From Minisyncoccia bacterium (GTDB taxonomy: Bacteria > Patescibacteriota > Minisyncoccia > SW-4-49-11), in contig JBIKVS010000012.1 in NCBI GenBank assembly GCA_044356725.1, positions 1 to 31,201 on the forward strand: a stretch of DNA of 31,201 bases. The letters are read 5' to 3'. The notes beneath the pieces are model-generated. The model was not told the origin of the DNA. It saw only the letters and a program-made list of their open reading frames with translations, and made no database searches. The translations under genes and the position numbers were made by a program. Shown in pieces: positions 18,083 through 27,367 of this stretch (position 1 is its first letter; every line of letters begins with the position of its first letter).

Positions 18083-19276
18083 ATGAAAATAGTTCATATT
18101 TCTATATATCCAGATAAAGGTAAGAAACATGTAGAAGCAGGTGGTGTAACTTCTTATACTAAAAATTTAGTCAATAATATAAATTATAAAAAAGACGATC
18201 AGGTTTATGTTTTATGTAATAAAATAAATAATAAATGTGATTCATACATAGAAGAAAACATCAATGTCATTAGATGTTTTGATAAAAATCCAAAGTTTAT
18301 CTATCAACTATATAAAGAGATTAATAAAATTAAACCAGATGTAATACATATACAACAAGAACTCTCACTATATGGAAATATAATAACAGCATATTTATTA
18401 CAGTGGCTAATAGTTCTTTTACATACATATACTACAATTATAACTTTACATGGAGTTGTAAGTATAAGTAAAATAAATAAAAAATTTATATTAGAAAACA
18501 ATACCAATGCTCCAGTATGGTTAGTCAAATTAGCTTTTTATGTAATATACAGACCACTATGTATTTTTTCGAAAGGAATTATAGTACATGAACAAGTATT
18601 CAAAGATAGATTAATTAAAGAATATAAAATTAATGAAAATAAAATACAAGTTCTACCTCATGGAATTGAAGACTTCACAGCAATAGACCAACAAAAATCA
18701 CAACAACATTTATACTTACCAACCAATAAAAATATATCACTATTTATGGGATATCTAACAGGATATAAAGGTCTAGACCTTCTTATAGAAGGATTTGCAG
18801 AATATATTAAAAAAGATAAAAAAGCCTATTTAATAATAGGAGCTGGAAAACATCCAAAACTTAAAAATGACCCAATATATCTAAAAGAGTATAAAAGAAT
18901 TCAAGATAAGGCACAAAATTTATTGGGAGATAAGTATCAATGGGTAGGATTTATAGAAGAAAAGGATATAAAATACTACTATAGTGCCGCAGATGTATCA
19001 ATCTATCCATATACTAATCAACTATCTAGCTCAGGTCCAATGTCAATCGCAATAGGATTCGAAAAGCCATTCCTAGCAAGTGAAGTATTTGATAGCTTTA
19101 TAGAAAATAAAGAAATTTTATTTAATAAAACCCCCAACAGCCTAAAAGATACTCTGGCTAAATTTTTTGACAATAAAGAAAATTTTGTGAAAGATGTGAA
19201 AATATTGAAAAAAGAAAGATTATGGAGTACTATAGGAGATAAGACTTATGATTATTATAAAAGTTTTGCTGTATGA
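18083..19276 (+). CDS. Glycosyltransferase family 4
   Basis: PDVIHIQ, PHG, GYLTGYKGLDLL and ADVSIYPY..SSGP motifs. Confidence 0.9.
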   Translation: MKIVHISIYPDKGKKHVEAGGVTSYTKNLVNNINYKKDDQVYVLCNKINNKCDSYIEENINVIRCFDKNPKFIYQLYKEINKIKPDVIHIQQELSLYGNIITAYLLQWLIVLLHTYTTIITLHGVVSISKINKKFILENNTNAPVWLVKLAFYVIYRPLCIFSKGIIVHEQVFKDRLIKEYKINENKIQVLPHGIEDFTAIDQQKSQQHLYLPTNKNISLFMGYLTGYKGLDLLIEGFAEYIKKDKKAYLIIGAGKHPKLKNDPIYLKEYKRIQDKAQNLLGDKYQWVGFIEEKDIKYYYSAADVSIYPYTNQLSSSGPMSIAIGFEKPFLASEVFDSFIENKEILFNKTPNSLKDTLAKFFDNKENFVKDVKILKKERLWSTIGDKTYDYYKSFAV

Positions 19277-20181
19277 AGGTGAATTTAATAGATTCGGGTA
19301 TTGTCGGGCAAGTACAGAAAATTTACCTATATGTTTTTTATAATACCAATTTTATATTAAACATAGTTGCTCTAACATCTTTATCTACCCCTCTTTTCTT
19401 AACAATATTTTTACAAAAAGAACTTTTTTTAGTTTTTAACTCCACTATGTATCTCTTTATTATAACTACATTTTTATATAATATTGTATATATAAGTAAT
19501 GATTTATTCGATTATAGAAAAGACAAAGAAAATAAGACCTATAAGTTTAGCGTATTTTCTAAGATGGATTTAAATCCATTTTTATATTCCATACTGTATA
19601 TTGGATTTCTTTGGTCTATAATTTATATATATTCCAATATATTTATAGGTTCTATTAATATCCTTATACTTTATAGTAGTTTGCTTTTTTTTATATCAAT
19701 TATTCATTCTAAAATTAAAAAGTTAAAAATAATAACTTTATTTATAGAGCGTTTTCTAAGATTGGTTATCCCATTTTATATACTATCTTTGTTTATTGAA
19801 AATATTTATATAGATGAATATTTTAAATTTGTATTAATATTTTTTCCGTTAATTATAGATTCATCATATAGAAGATATATAAAAAGTAAATTAAATATAT
19901 CTGAAAAAAATAGATTTTTTATTTACTTATTTTATTTTTTGATATTAATGATATTGAATCAATCAAATTTATTTCTAAGAATAGATTTAATGTTTAAATA
20001 TTTAGCTTTTTTATGTTCTTTTCAATTTTTTATTTATATAAGTTCTAATTCTTTTAAATTTAAATTTCTAACAAATATGTACAATAAAGATATTGATGAA
20101 AAAAATAGATTTTTAATTGAATTTATAATCCTGGTACCTATTATTATTTATCTATATTACAATGCAAATTTTAGACTTTGA
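19273..20181 (+). CDS. UbiA-superfamily membrane transferase, probably polyprenyl-phosphate phosphoribosyltransferase
   Basis: YISNDLFDYRKDKENK (NDxxDxxxD) in a multi-TM protein next to HAD and prs genes. Confidence 0.65.
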   Translation: MKVNLIDSGIVGQVQKIYLYVFYNTNFILNIVALTSLSTPLFLTIFLQKELFLVFNSTMYLFIITTFLYNIVYISNDLFDYRKDKENKTYKFSVFSKMDLNPFLYSILYIGFLWSIIYIYSNIFIGSINILILYSSLLFFISIIHSKIKKLKIITLFIERFLRLVIPFYILSLFIENIYIDEYFKFVLIFFPLIIDSSYRRYIKSKLNISEKNRFFIYLFYFLILMILNQSNLFLRIDLMFKYLAFLCSFQFFIYISSNSFKFKFLTNMYNKDIDEKNRFLIEFIILVPIIIYLYYNANFRL

Positions 20182-20749
20182 TGGGACTATAATACTTGAA
20201 AACTCTTCCCGAATGTTAGAATTAGAAACAATGAAAAAACTTCCTAATTCATTACAAAATTTGATATACCCAATATTTTTTGGAAAGATGAAAGTTTTTT
20301 TTAACAAGGTATGGGGCTTTATATCAATAGTATTTTTTAGCAATAGGGACTTTAGACTATTCATTTTCTTAGTTATCACTAGGAAGTATTTTTTAAATTC
20401 TAAAATAGATATTTATAAAACCGTATCTGAAAAGATAACATTTCGTCCAGATATATTAAAGACCATAAATAATGACACCATAATATTATCAAATGGAATA
20501 TCCGATCTGATAAAATATATTCTTCATAGTCATGGAATTAGCGTGAAGGTCATCGCTTCTAATATTGATAAATTTAAAATATCATCATTAAATAACTTTT
20601 CTTATAAATTTTCAGTTTTGAATTCATTTAAAAATTTTTACTATATAACGGATGATATATTAGAGGCAAAGTATATTTGTAAAAGATATAAATGGAAGAT
20701 TAGGTTTACACAAAAAGATAGTTTATACTACATTAATAAATTCCATTAA
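20162..20749 (+). CDS. HAD-superfamily phosphatase
   Basis: Motif I DFDGT, motif II ILSNG, motif IV YITDD; overlaps the UbiA gene by 20 nt. Confidence 0.75.
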   Translation: MQILDFDGTIILENSSRMLELETMKKLPNSLQNLIYPIFFGKMKVFFNKVWGFISIVFFSNRDFRLFIFLVITRKYFLNSKIDIYKTVSEKITFRPDILKTINNDTIILSNGISDLIKYILHSHGISVKVIASNIDKFKISSLNNFSYKFSVLNSFKNFYYITDDILEAKYICKRYKWKIRFTQKDSLYYINKFH

Positions 20750-20758
20750 TTTTTTAAT

Positions 20759-21667
20759 ATGAAAATATTCTCAAGTATCAAAAGTAGAGATCTAGCAGAG
20801 AAAATTATATATGAATTGAATACAAAGTACGCACATAATATTCATTTAGGAAAACTTAATATTAATAAATTTTCTGATGGTGAAATACTTCCTAAAATAG
20901 ATGATGATATAAAAAACAGTGATGTATTTTTCATAAATACTCTAGATACGGCTGATTCAATATTAGAAACAATTTTAGTAGTAGACGCAGCAAAAAGACT
21001 TGGATGTAAAAAATTTATATTAGTGGCGCCTTATCTTTCTTATTCAAGGCAAGATAAGGTTGATCATGTAGGATCCTCGTTAGGGGCACAATCTTTAGCA
21101 AGAACCTTAGAAAATTCTGGGATAAATATTCTTATAACTATTGATTTGCATTCAAGTAAGGTAAAAGAATTTTATCAAATTCCAGTTATAGAAATTGATG
21201 GAAAAGAGATATTTAAAGAGTTTTTTGTAGATAGTATAGAAAATAATACTTGTTTAATATCTCCAGATCAGGGAGGTGTATCTAAGATGAAATCGTTTTT
21301 AAAAGATTTTCCATATATCCATACTGCTGTAATGAGTAAAAAAAGGGTTAGACCCAATGAGGTAAAATCACTAAGTCTAAAAGGACAAGTTAGAGGTAAA
21401 GATGTGATTATATTAGATGATATAGCTGATACTTTAGGCACTATTGTAAAGGCATCACAACTTTTACTTAATAAAGGAGCCAATTCAGTCAAAGCTGTAG
21501 CTACGCATGGAGTTTTAAGCGGAAGCGCCTTTATAAACTTAGAAAAATCATCTTTAACGGAACTAGTTGTTTCAGATACATTAAACAATATCAATAACCC
21601 TAAGTTAAAAGTTATATCTTCATATAAAGCAATATCAAAACATATTCATTTATTAGTTAATAAGTGA
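20759..21667 (+). CDS. prs: Ribose-phosphate pyrophosphokinase (PRPP synthetase)
   Basis: FSDGE, PYLSYSRQDK, DLHS, SPDQGG, DDIADTLGT, ATHGV and SDT motifs. Confidence 0.95.
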   Translation: MKIFSSIKSRDLAEKIIYELNTKYAHNIHLGKLNINKFSDGEILPKIDDDIKNSDVFFINTLDTADSILETILVVDAAKRLGCKKFILVAPYLSYSRQDKVDHVGSSLGAQSLARTLENSGINILITIDLHSSKVKEFYQIPVIEIDGKEIFKEFFVDSIENNTCLISPDQGGVSKMKSFLKDFPYIHTAVMSKKRVRPNEVKSLSLKGQVRGKDVIILDDIADTLGTIVKASQLLLNKGANSVKAVATHGVLSGSAFINLEKSSLTELVVSDTLNNINNPKLKVISSYKAISKHIHLLVNK

Positions 21668-21699
21668 TATAATACATAATATTGTTATTATTTTATATT

Positions 21700-22278
21700 A
21701 TGAAAAAGATTCAATCAAAAAAATTAGATATTGGCTGTGGTAAATATAAGCAAGATGGAGCTATAGGTATTGACCATTCTGACTTACCAGAAATAGATAT
21801 TAAACATGATCTTAATATTTTTCCTTGGCCATTAAAAGAATCATCTTTTTCGGAAATACACTGTTATCATGTACTTGAGCACGTGCAAGATGTTGTAAAG
21901 TTTATGCAAGAGATATATCGTGTTTCAGAAGATGGTGCAAAAGTTTACATAAAAGTACCTCATGCATCTTGCTCCAAGTCTTTATGGACTGACCCAACTC
22001 ATTATAGAGGTTTTACGTCAAGAAGTTTTCTAGATTACTTTTCTAAGGAATCTTATTTTTCCTATTATGCTAATACAAATTTTATTGTTGAATCTCAAAA
22101 ATTAAACTATTGTTTATATGATGGTAAACGTGATACTAAGATCCCAAGATGGTGGCAAAACATTTGGAATAAATTAGGAAACATTAACTTTACTACGCAG
22201 GAAATATTTGAAAGAATATTGGCTAATTATATAGGTGGATTTGAAGAATTAGATGTAATTTTAGTTGTAAAAAAATAG
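21700..22278 (+). CDS. Class I SAM-dependent methyltransferase (ORF track starts at 21682)
   Basis: LDIGCG, HVLEHV, EIYRV and DPTH motifs, typical of glycan-cluster methyltransferases. Confidence 0.88.
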   Translation: MKKIQSKKLDIGCGKYKQDGAIGIDHSDLPEIDIKHDLNIFPWPLKESSFSEIHCYHVLEHVQDVVKFMQEIYRVSEDGAKVYIKVPHASCSKSLWTDPTHYRGFTSRSFLDYFSKESYFSYYANTNFIVESQKLNYCLYDGKRDTKIPRWWQNIWNKLGNINFTTQEIFERILANYIGGFEELDVILVVKK

Positions 22279-22285
22279 GCTCTAT

Positions 22286-24541
22286 ATGTATAAAAAGTTA
22301 ATGCACTTATTTATATTTATAATATTTGGAATATTCTTTTACATATTTTTTCAGGGTAAAGATTTAGTATTTGGTGACTTTGCTACCACATTCTCACATA
22401 ATAAACTTAAACTGGTGGGTACATTAGTATGGTCATGGTTAGACAACTCCTTTTTGGGGTATGAGACAATATTTTATGTGTTTCTTAGGATCCCATTTTA
22501 TATTATTTCGGATTTAATAAATTTCTTTTTCGGCTCAGATGCATATTGGTTGCTTTTTGTTGTAATTTATTTTTTAAGATATATATTTTTATTTATTTTA
22601 TTAAGGAGTCTAAAAGTATCGTTTTTTACATCAATAGTAATTTCCTTTATCTATTCAATAAATTTTTATTTTATTGATAGATTAGGTCATACGTTGATTT
22701 CTTTTGGTTCAATTACTATTCCTACTCTTATTTTATCTTATAGTAACTTGGTAAAGAATGGAATTTCTTTTAAGTGGCTTAGTGTATTTATGTTTTCTAT
22801 CTGGATTATAATGTCATCAATGCACGTTACCTTAATGACATTATATTTCGGAGTTTTGATGTTTATAGGGTATGCGATATGGTCAATAAATAACAAACAA
22901 ATACAAAAATTTATTTTTTTGCATATCAAATTGATTTCAGTTTTATTATTAATTTTTTCATATATAATTATACCAATATTTTATTCTACATTTTTTGTTA
23001 ACGAAACTACAGTCGTTCAGCAGGTATCTTCTCAGGCTAGTGACTGGATATTTAATCTGAGTAGATATACCAGCTTATTTAATACTTTATCTGGTGTCGG
23101 TTACCTATACTCTGAAATATTAAATAATAAGCTTATAGTTTGGATTGGGTTTTTTAGTACTATTAGTACAATGGTTTATGTAATATTGATTCCTAAAAAT
23201 AAAGTTAATATTGAATATTATATTTACTTTATTACATTTCTATTATTTTTATTCTTATCCTCAATAAGTTTATTAAAACCAGCAATACCTTTATTAAAAG
23301 ATAATTTAATCGGATTCAACTCCATTAAAGATAATTCTTATTTTATATTGTATGTTCAACTTTCATTTTGGATATTAGTCGCTATATCTATTGAGAGTAT
23401 TTCAAAAAGGAAGCTCTTTATTTGGTTGTCTCGTATACAAATATCAGTAATAGCTATATTATTTTTTATAGTAAATATTTATTCATTTAGTACATTTAAT
23501 TATTTTAAAACAGCTCAAATTCCGGAGGAGTACTATAGTATTGAACAAAAATTAGATAAAAATGGTCGAGTTTTAGTTTTACCATTGGGGTGGGTAAGTA
23601 AATTTGAATGGTCTAATGGTATTATGTCTGGATTTTTCAATTTATTTTTAGCTAATTATCAAATAGTGGGTCAAAATATTATAGAAGGACCAAGTTTGAG
23701 CACTCAAGAAAAAATTAATAAGTTTAATAGTTGTTTTGAAGAAATATGTCCAGATATCAAGATGTATTTAAAAGAATTAGGAGTGTCCCAAATCATTAAC
23801 TTTTCTGGAGCATATGATGTCTCTAAAAGTTTAGATTCAACTAGTTATATTTCATATGACAAAACGATCAAGAACTTATTAGATAATAATATTATTGAAA
23901 ATAAATTTTCTAATGACAAATATCAAATTTATCAAGTAATTGATGAATCAATTATTACAACAAAAATTTTTAGCGATAATATTAACTTTAATAAAATAAA
24001 TCCAACAAAATATAAAGTTAATATTTCTAATGTTAAATCGAATCAAGAAATTAGTTTTCTGGATTCTTTCCATAGCCAATGGAAGCTCTACCTGAACCCA
24101 ATCAATTCTAATACTAAAGATTGTAATGTAATTCAAGAATATAATAATGAAGGTAAAAATATCAAAGAGTGTGAACATACTCAAAAATTCTTTGAAGGGG
24201 AGGAGTTAAGGTGTCTTTGGAGACAACCTCTTTTTGAAGATTCTCATAAACTAGTCTATGACTATGCTAATCAATGGATTATAGATCCTGACTATATCAA
24301 ATCTAATTTTGATAAGTCTATGTACAAAGAGAATCCAGATGGAAGTATAGATATAGAGCTTACTTTGTACTTCAAACCTCAATCATATTTTTACCTAGGT
24401 ATTATCATATCTGGCACTACTCTTATCTTATGTCTTAGCTACCTTGGCTATACTTTTTACCGCCAGCGACGACAACATAAGAGCCATAATAAGATAAATA
24501 TTCATTCTGTAGAAAAAGATAAAAATATGGTGTCAAATTAA
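22286..24541 (+). CDS. GT-C fold membrane glycosyltransferase (AftD/YfhO-like)
   Basis: Early GD loop, IYSINFY, about 12 TM segments, IPEEY..RVLVLP, KINPTKYKV, SFHSQWKL, YANQW and YFKPQSYFYLG final TM. Confidence 0.72.
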   Translation: MYKKLMHLFIFIIFGIFFYIFFQGKDLVFGDFATTFSHNKLKLVGTLVWSWLDNSFLGYETIFYVFLRIPFYIISDLINFFFGSDAYWLLFVVIYFLRYIFLFILLRSLKVSFFTSIVISFIYSINFYFIDRLGHTLISFGSITIPTLILSYSNLVKNGISFKWLSVFMFSIWIIMSSMHVTLMTLYFGVLMFIGYAIWSINNKQIQKFIFLHIKLISVLLLIFSYIIIPIFYSTFFVNETTVVQQVSSQASDWIFNLSRYTSLFNTLSGVGYLYSEILNNKLIVWIGFFSTISTMVYVILIPKNKVNIEYYIYFITFLLFLFLSSISLLKPAIPLLKDNLIGFNSIKDNSYFILYVQLSFWILVAISIESISKRKLFIWLSRIQISVIAILFFIVNIYSFSTFNYFKTAQIPEEYYSIEQKLDKNGRVLVLPLGWVSKFEWSNGIMSGFFNLFLANYQIVGQNIIEGPSLSTQEKINKFNSCFEEICPDIKMYLKELGVSQIINFSGAYDVSKSLDSTSYISYDKTIKNLLDNNIIENKFSNDKYQIYQVIDESIITTKIFSDNINFNKINPTKYKVNISNVKSNQEISFLDSFHSQWKLYLNPINSNTKDCNVIQEYNNEGKNIKECEHTQKFFEGEELRCLWRQPLFEDSHKLVYDYANQWIIDPDYIKSNFDKSMYKENPDGSIDIELTLYFKPQSYFYLGIIISGTTLILCLSYLGYTFYRQRRQHKSHNKINIHSVEKDKNMVSN
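24290..24469 (+). repeat. GT-C 3'-end repeat, copy 1 (core 24436-24462)
   Basis: 180 bp matching 26920-27099 with 13 differences by hand count; core TAGCTACCTTGGCTATACTTTTTACCG. Confidence 0.92.
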
Positions 24542-24547
24542 AATATT

Positions 24548-26155
24548 ATGAAAAATATTTTCAATGAATTTAAAAGGCAGATTTTCTCTCATTTGAATAT
24601 TATTTTAAGTGTATTGTTATTAGGTATTATATTGTGGTTGTTTATAGATTTTGAAAATTTGTATCATTATCAACAAGAGTTACAGGATATACAGATCGCT
24701 CTATTGACACTTATGATTCCATTAGCTATGGAATTATATAAGTTTAGCGACACTAATTCTGATAATAAAGAAAGTTTTCCAAATAAATTTATAAAAAGTA
24801 AAAACTTAATTAAAGAAGAGCTTATTAAGAACAAGTTCCCTATTGGTATAATATTATTGATAATTTTTATATCTACAATTTTGAGTATTTTGGGGATTAG
24901 TAATTATTTAATTTTTTACACTTCATTAATTGCAAATTTAATTTTAGCATATTTTATACTTGATATATTTAATATTCTGAATAATCCTAATTCTAGAGAA
25001 GAGTTTTATAAAAAAATTTTAGAGGGCTATAATAATGAAAATCTAGATAGAACTATAGATCTATGGGAGAGTCATTGGAGTAATAAAACAGAAATTAATT
25101 TGCCTTATGATTCAACTATAGAAATCTTTATTAGAAGATTAGAGAATAAAAGAACAAAAAAGGAGAATGAAGAAATCTGGAGATTATTAGGAGTTTTTTA
25201 TAAATATATTGATAATAGGAAAATTATTCCTAAAATTATAATTGTTAAACTATTTGAATATATTTATATATTTCTGAAAGAATCTGAAGAATCTGCCGAG
25301 CATAATGGAAGTCCCAGTAAATACATTGAAGCACATGAGATATATAGGATTTCTGAAGAAATTCTAATTAAAATTTTACAAAAATCTTTACAGGATCCTC
25401 ATCCTAGTTCTGCTACCATAGATTTTTTTGAAGCATTAGATCAGCATTTACAAAAATATAAAGATGAAACTATTCAATTTCATGGTAAGGAAAAATCATA
25501 TTTTGAATTTTTCAAATATTTTGGGGATAGGGTAATTACAGAAATATTAAATTCAAAGGACGTGTTTGTAGCAAGAGATGTTTTAGATTATCATTGGAGT
25601 AAGTCTGATAGAAATTGGAAGATTAATTTATCTAATTTAGAATCAGAAAAAGATAATAAGATTACTTATTATTGGCTCAATAGAATGTTAGAATATTTAT
25701 ATAAGACTTGGAAAGAACAGATTTTTTATACTTCAACAAAAAAATTAAAATCTAAAGATATACAGAAAATCAATATTTTACTAAATTCTTTTATGCACAA
25801 CATAGATGTCATATTATTTATGAGAGTAGTAGAATTAGTGTGGTTTAAAAGAGTCGTAAATGAGAGTGTTAAAAACTATTTAGAGAAACGAGTTTTTTGG
25901 TTTTTGGATAATGTGGAAATGTATATTGACAATAGTAGTCCAGAAGAAAATCTAGAGTATGAAAAAATTATTATTGAAAAACAACAACGGGAGACTGTAT
26001 TATTATTAAAAAAGATTTATAAATTGAATGATAATTTTTATAAAGATATAAAGAGCCAAATTGAAGCTATTGATCGTAATTCATTAGATGATGAGCAAAA
26101 AGGAAGATTAGAAAGTTTACAAAAGACCATAGATTATTTTATAAATAATAAATAA
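24548..26155 (+). CDS. Hypothetical protein with four N-terminal TM helices and a large helical soluble domain
   Basis: 535-aa ORF; no motif recognised. Confidence 0.75.
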   Translation: MKNIFNEFKRQIFSHLNIILSVLLLGIILWLFIDFENLYHYQQELQDIQIALLTLMIPLAMELYKFSDTNSDNKESFPNKFIKSKNLIKEELIKNKFPIGIILLIIFISTILSILGISNYLIFYTSLIANLILAYFILDIFNILNNPNSREEFYKKILEGYNNENLDRTIDLWESHWSNKTEINLPYDSTIEIFIRRLENKRTKKENEEIWRLLGVFYKYIDNRKIIPKIIIVKLFEYIYIFLKESEESAEHNGSPSKYIEAHEIYRISEEILIKILQKSLQDPHPSSATIDFFEALDQHLQKYKDETIQFHGKEKSYFEFFKYFGDRVITEILNSKDVFVARDVLDYHWSKSDRNWKINLSNLESEKDNKITYYWLNRMLEYLYKTWKEQIFYTSTKKLKSKDIQKINILLNSFMHNIDVILFMRVVELVWFKRVVNESVKNYLEKRVFWFLDNVEMYIDNSSPEENLEYEKIIIEKQQRETVLLLKKIYKLNDNFYKDIKSQIEAIDRNSLDDEQKGRLESLQKTIDYFINNK

Positions 26156-26161
26156 TTTTAA

Positions 26162-26247
26162 TAGCTACCTTGGCTATACTTTTTACCGTCAGCGAAAACA
26201 GGGGAGTCGCTCTAAGATAGATAGTGGTTTTGTGGGGGAGTAGGGGG
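26162..26247 (+). repeat. GT-C 3'-end repeat, copy 2
   Basis: Identical 27-bp core; reads SYLGYTFYRQRKQGSRSKIDSGFVGE-stop in frame. Confidence 0.92.
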
Positions 26248-26250
26248 AAA

Positions 26251-26346
26251 ATACAGGCGACTGAAAGGTCGCCCCTACAAAAAACAGTGTCGGCTAGGGT
26301 GCCGACACTACGAAATGTAGGGATAAAAGCCCTCAAGAGGGGAATT
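26251..26346 (-). repeat. Cluster of GTAG-type REP palindromes
   Basis: Minus strand GTAGGGGCGACCTTTCAGTCGCC (26278-26256) and GTAGTGTCGGCACCCTAGCCGACAC (26311-26287). Confidence 0.75.
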
Positions 26347-26382
26347 AATATGTTATAATATAAATATATTAATTGCAACAAA

Positions 26383-26781
26383 ATGCAAAAGTTTATAAAG
26401 AGATTTCAGGAGTGGTTTATATTAAAACCTAAATTAGACAATAATAATTATTATCCTCCTAAATTTTCACAGAAGCAAGTTTGGTTTTATTATTGTGGAG
26501 AGAATATAGGAGGTGAAATTAGTGGTAAAGGAAATGAATTTTTGAGACCTTTTTTGATTTTTAAAAAATTGGATAGATATAGCTTTATAGGATTACCTCT
26601 TAGTACTAAGTATAAAGAAGGTAATAGGTATCTCAAAATTTATTTTAAGGAAAAGTTACAAACTGTATATTTACATCAACCAAGACATTTAGATTATAGA
26701 AGATTAAAGTATAAATTAGGTGAAATTACAGATAAAGAATTTATAGAAATTAGTTCAAACTTCATTAATCTTTATAAGTAA
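26383..26781 (+). CDS. PemK/MazF-family endoribonuclease toxin with no adjacent antitoxin ORF
   Basis: VWF...GENIGGEISGK...RPFLIFKK, GLPLST, Q.R.LD.RRL..KLG. Confidence 0.85.
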   Translation: MQKFIKRFQEWFILKPKLDNNNYYPPKFSQKQVWFYYCGENIGGEISGKGNEFLRPFLIFKKLDRYSFIGLPLSTKYKEGNRYLKIYFKEKLQTVYLHQPRHLDYRRLKYKLGEITDKEFIEISSNFINLYK

Positions 26782-26865
26782 AAAACCCCGACTTTATAAA
26801 GTTAGGGCTTTTTACATTTTATAACCCCTCTATATTGCAAGAGGGTCGCGGCTATTGCCGAATAC
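26780..26865 (-). ncRNA. Candidate small structured RNA convergent with the toxin gene
   Basis: Minus-strand promoter upstream, two hairpins, and a terminator with a U-tract at the toxin stop codon. Confidence 0.5.
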
Positions 26866-26871
26866 ATAACA

Positions 26872-26900
26872 ATAATAACTCTATATTATAATTTTGTCAA
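26872..26900 (-). promoter_or_regulatory. Antisense-oriented sigma70 promoter
   Basis: TTGACA (26900-26895)-17 nt-TATTAT (26877-26872). Confidence 0.6.
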
Positions 26901-26919
26901 TAGTTTTGACTTATCTAAA

Positions 26920-27147
26920 GACTACATCGAAGCTAATTTTGATAAGTCTATGTACAAGGAGAATCCAGATGGAAGTATAGATCTAGAGCTTACTTTGTAC
27001 TTCAAACCTCAATCATATTTTTATCTTGGTATTATCATCTCGGGAACTACTCTTATCTTATGCATTAGCTACCTTGGCTATACTTTTTACCGCAAGCGAA
27101 AACAGGGGAGTCGCTCTAAGATAGGTAGTGATTCTGTGGGGGAGTAA
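26920..27147 (+). pseudogene. Orphan 3' fragment of a GT-C paralog/allele (repeat copy 3, core 27066-27092)
   Basis: Encodes DYIEANFDKSMYKENPDGSIDLELTLYFKPQSYFYLG...SVGE-stop, matching the end of 22286-24541. Confidence 0.88.
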
Positions 27148-27348
27148 GGGGGGATTTGTCCTCCTTACTTCGTCGCAAAAGTCCTCCCTCCCCCGTCGCA
27201 AATGGGATTTGCTCCTTGAAAACCCACGGTTTCCAACACTCAGTCTTTGACCTCGTTGCCTTCCTCCACGGGAAAAGTACCTTTTTCCCGACCCCTTTCC
27301 CAAAGTCTAAAGCCTTTTTACGGGTACTCCCTCCAAAGGGAGACAGAA
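27066..27348 (+). repeat. ~283-bp direct repeat, copy A
   Basis: Near-identical to 28808-29088; GC-rich with multiple hairpins. Confidence 0.93.
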
Positions 27349-27367
27349 GGGTAAGGACAAAAGGACA

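Noticed and set aside
24290-27099. Diversity-generating retroelement template/variable repeat pair
   Set aside because: Several differences involve no adenine in either copy (T/C, T/G), most are synonymous, and no reverse transcriptase is in the window.
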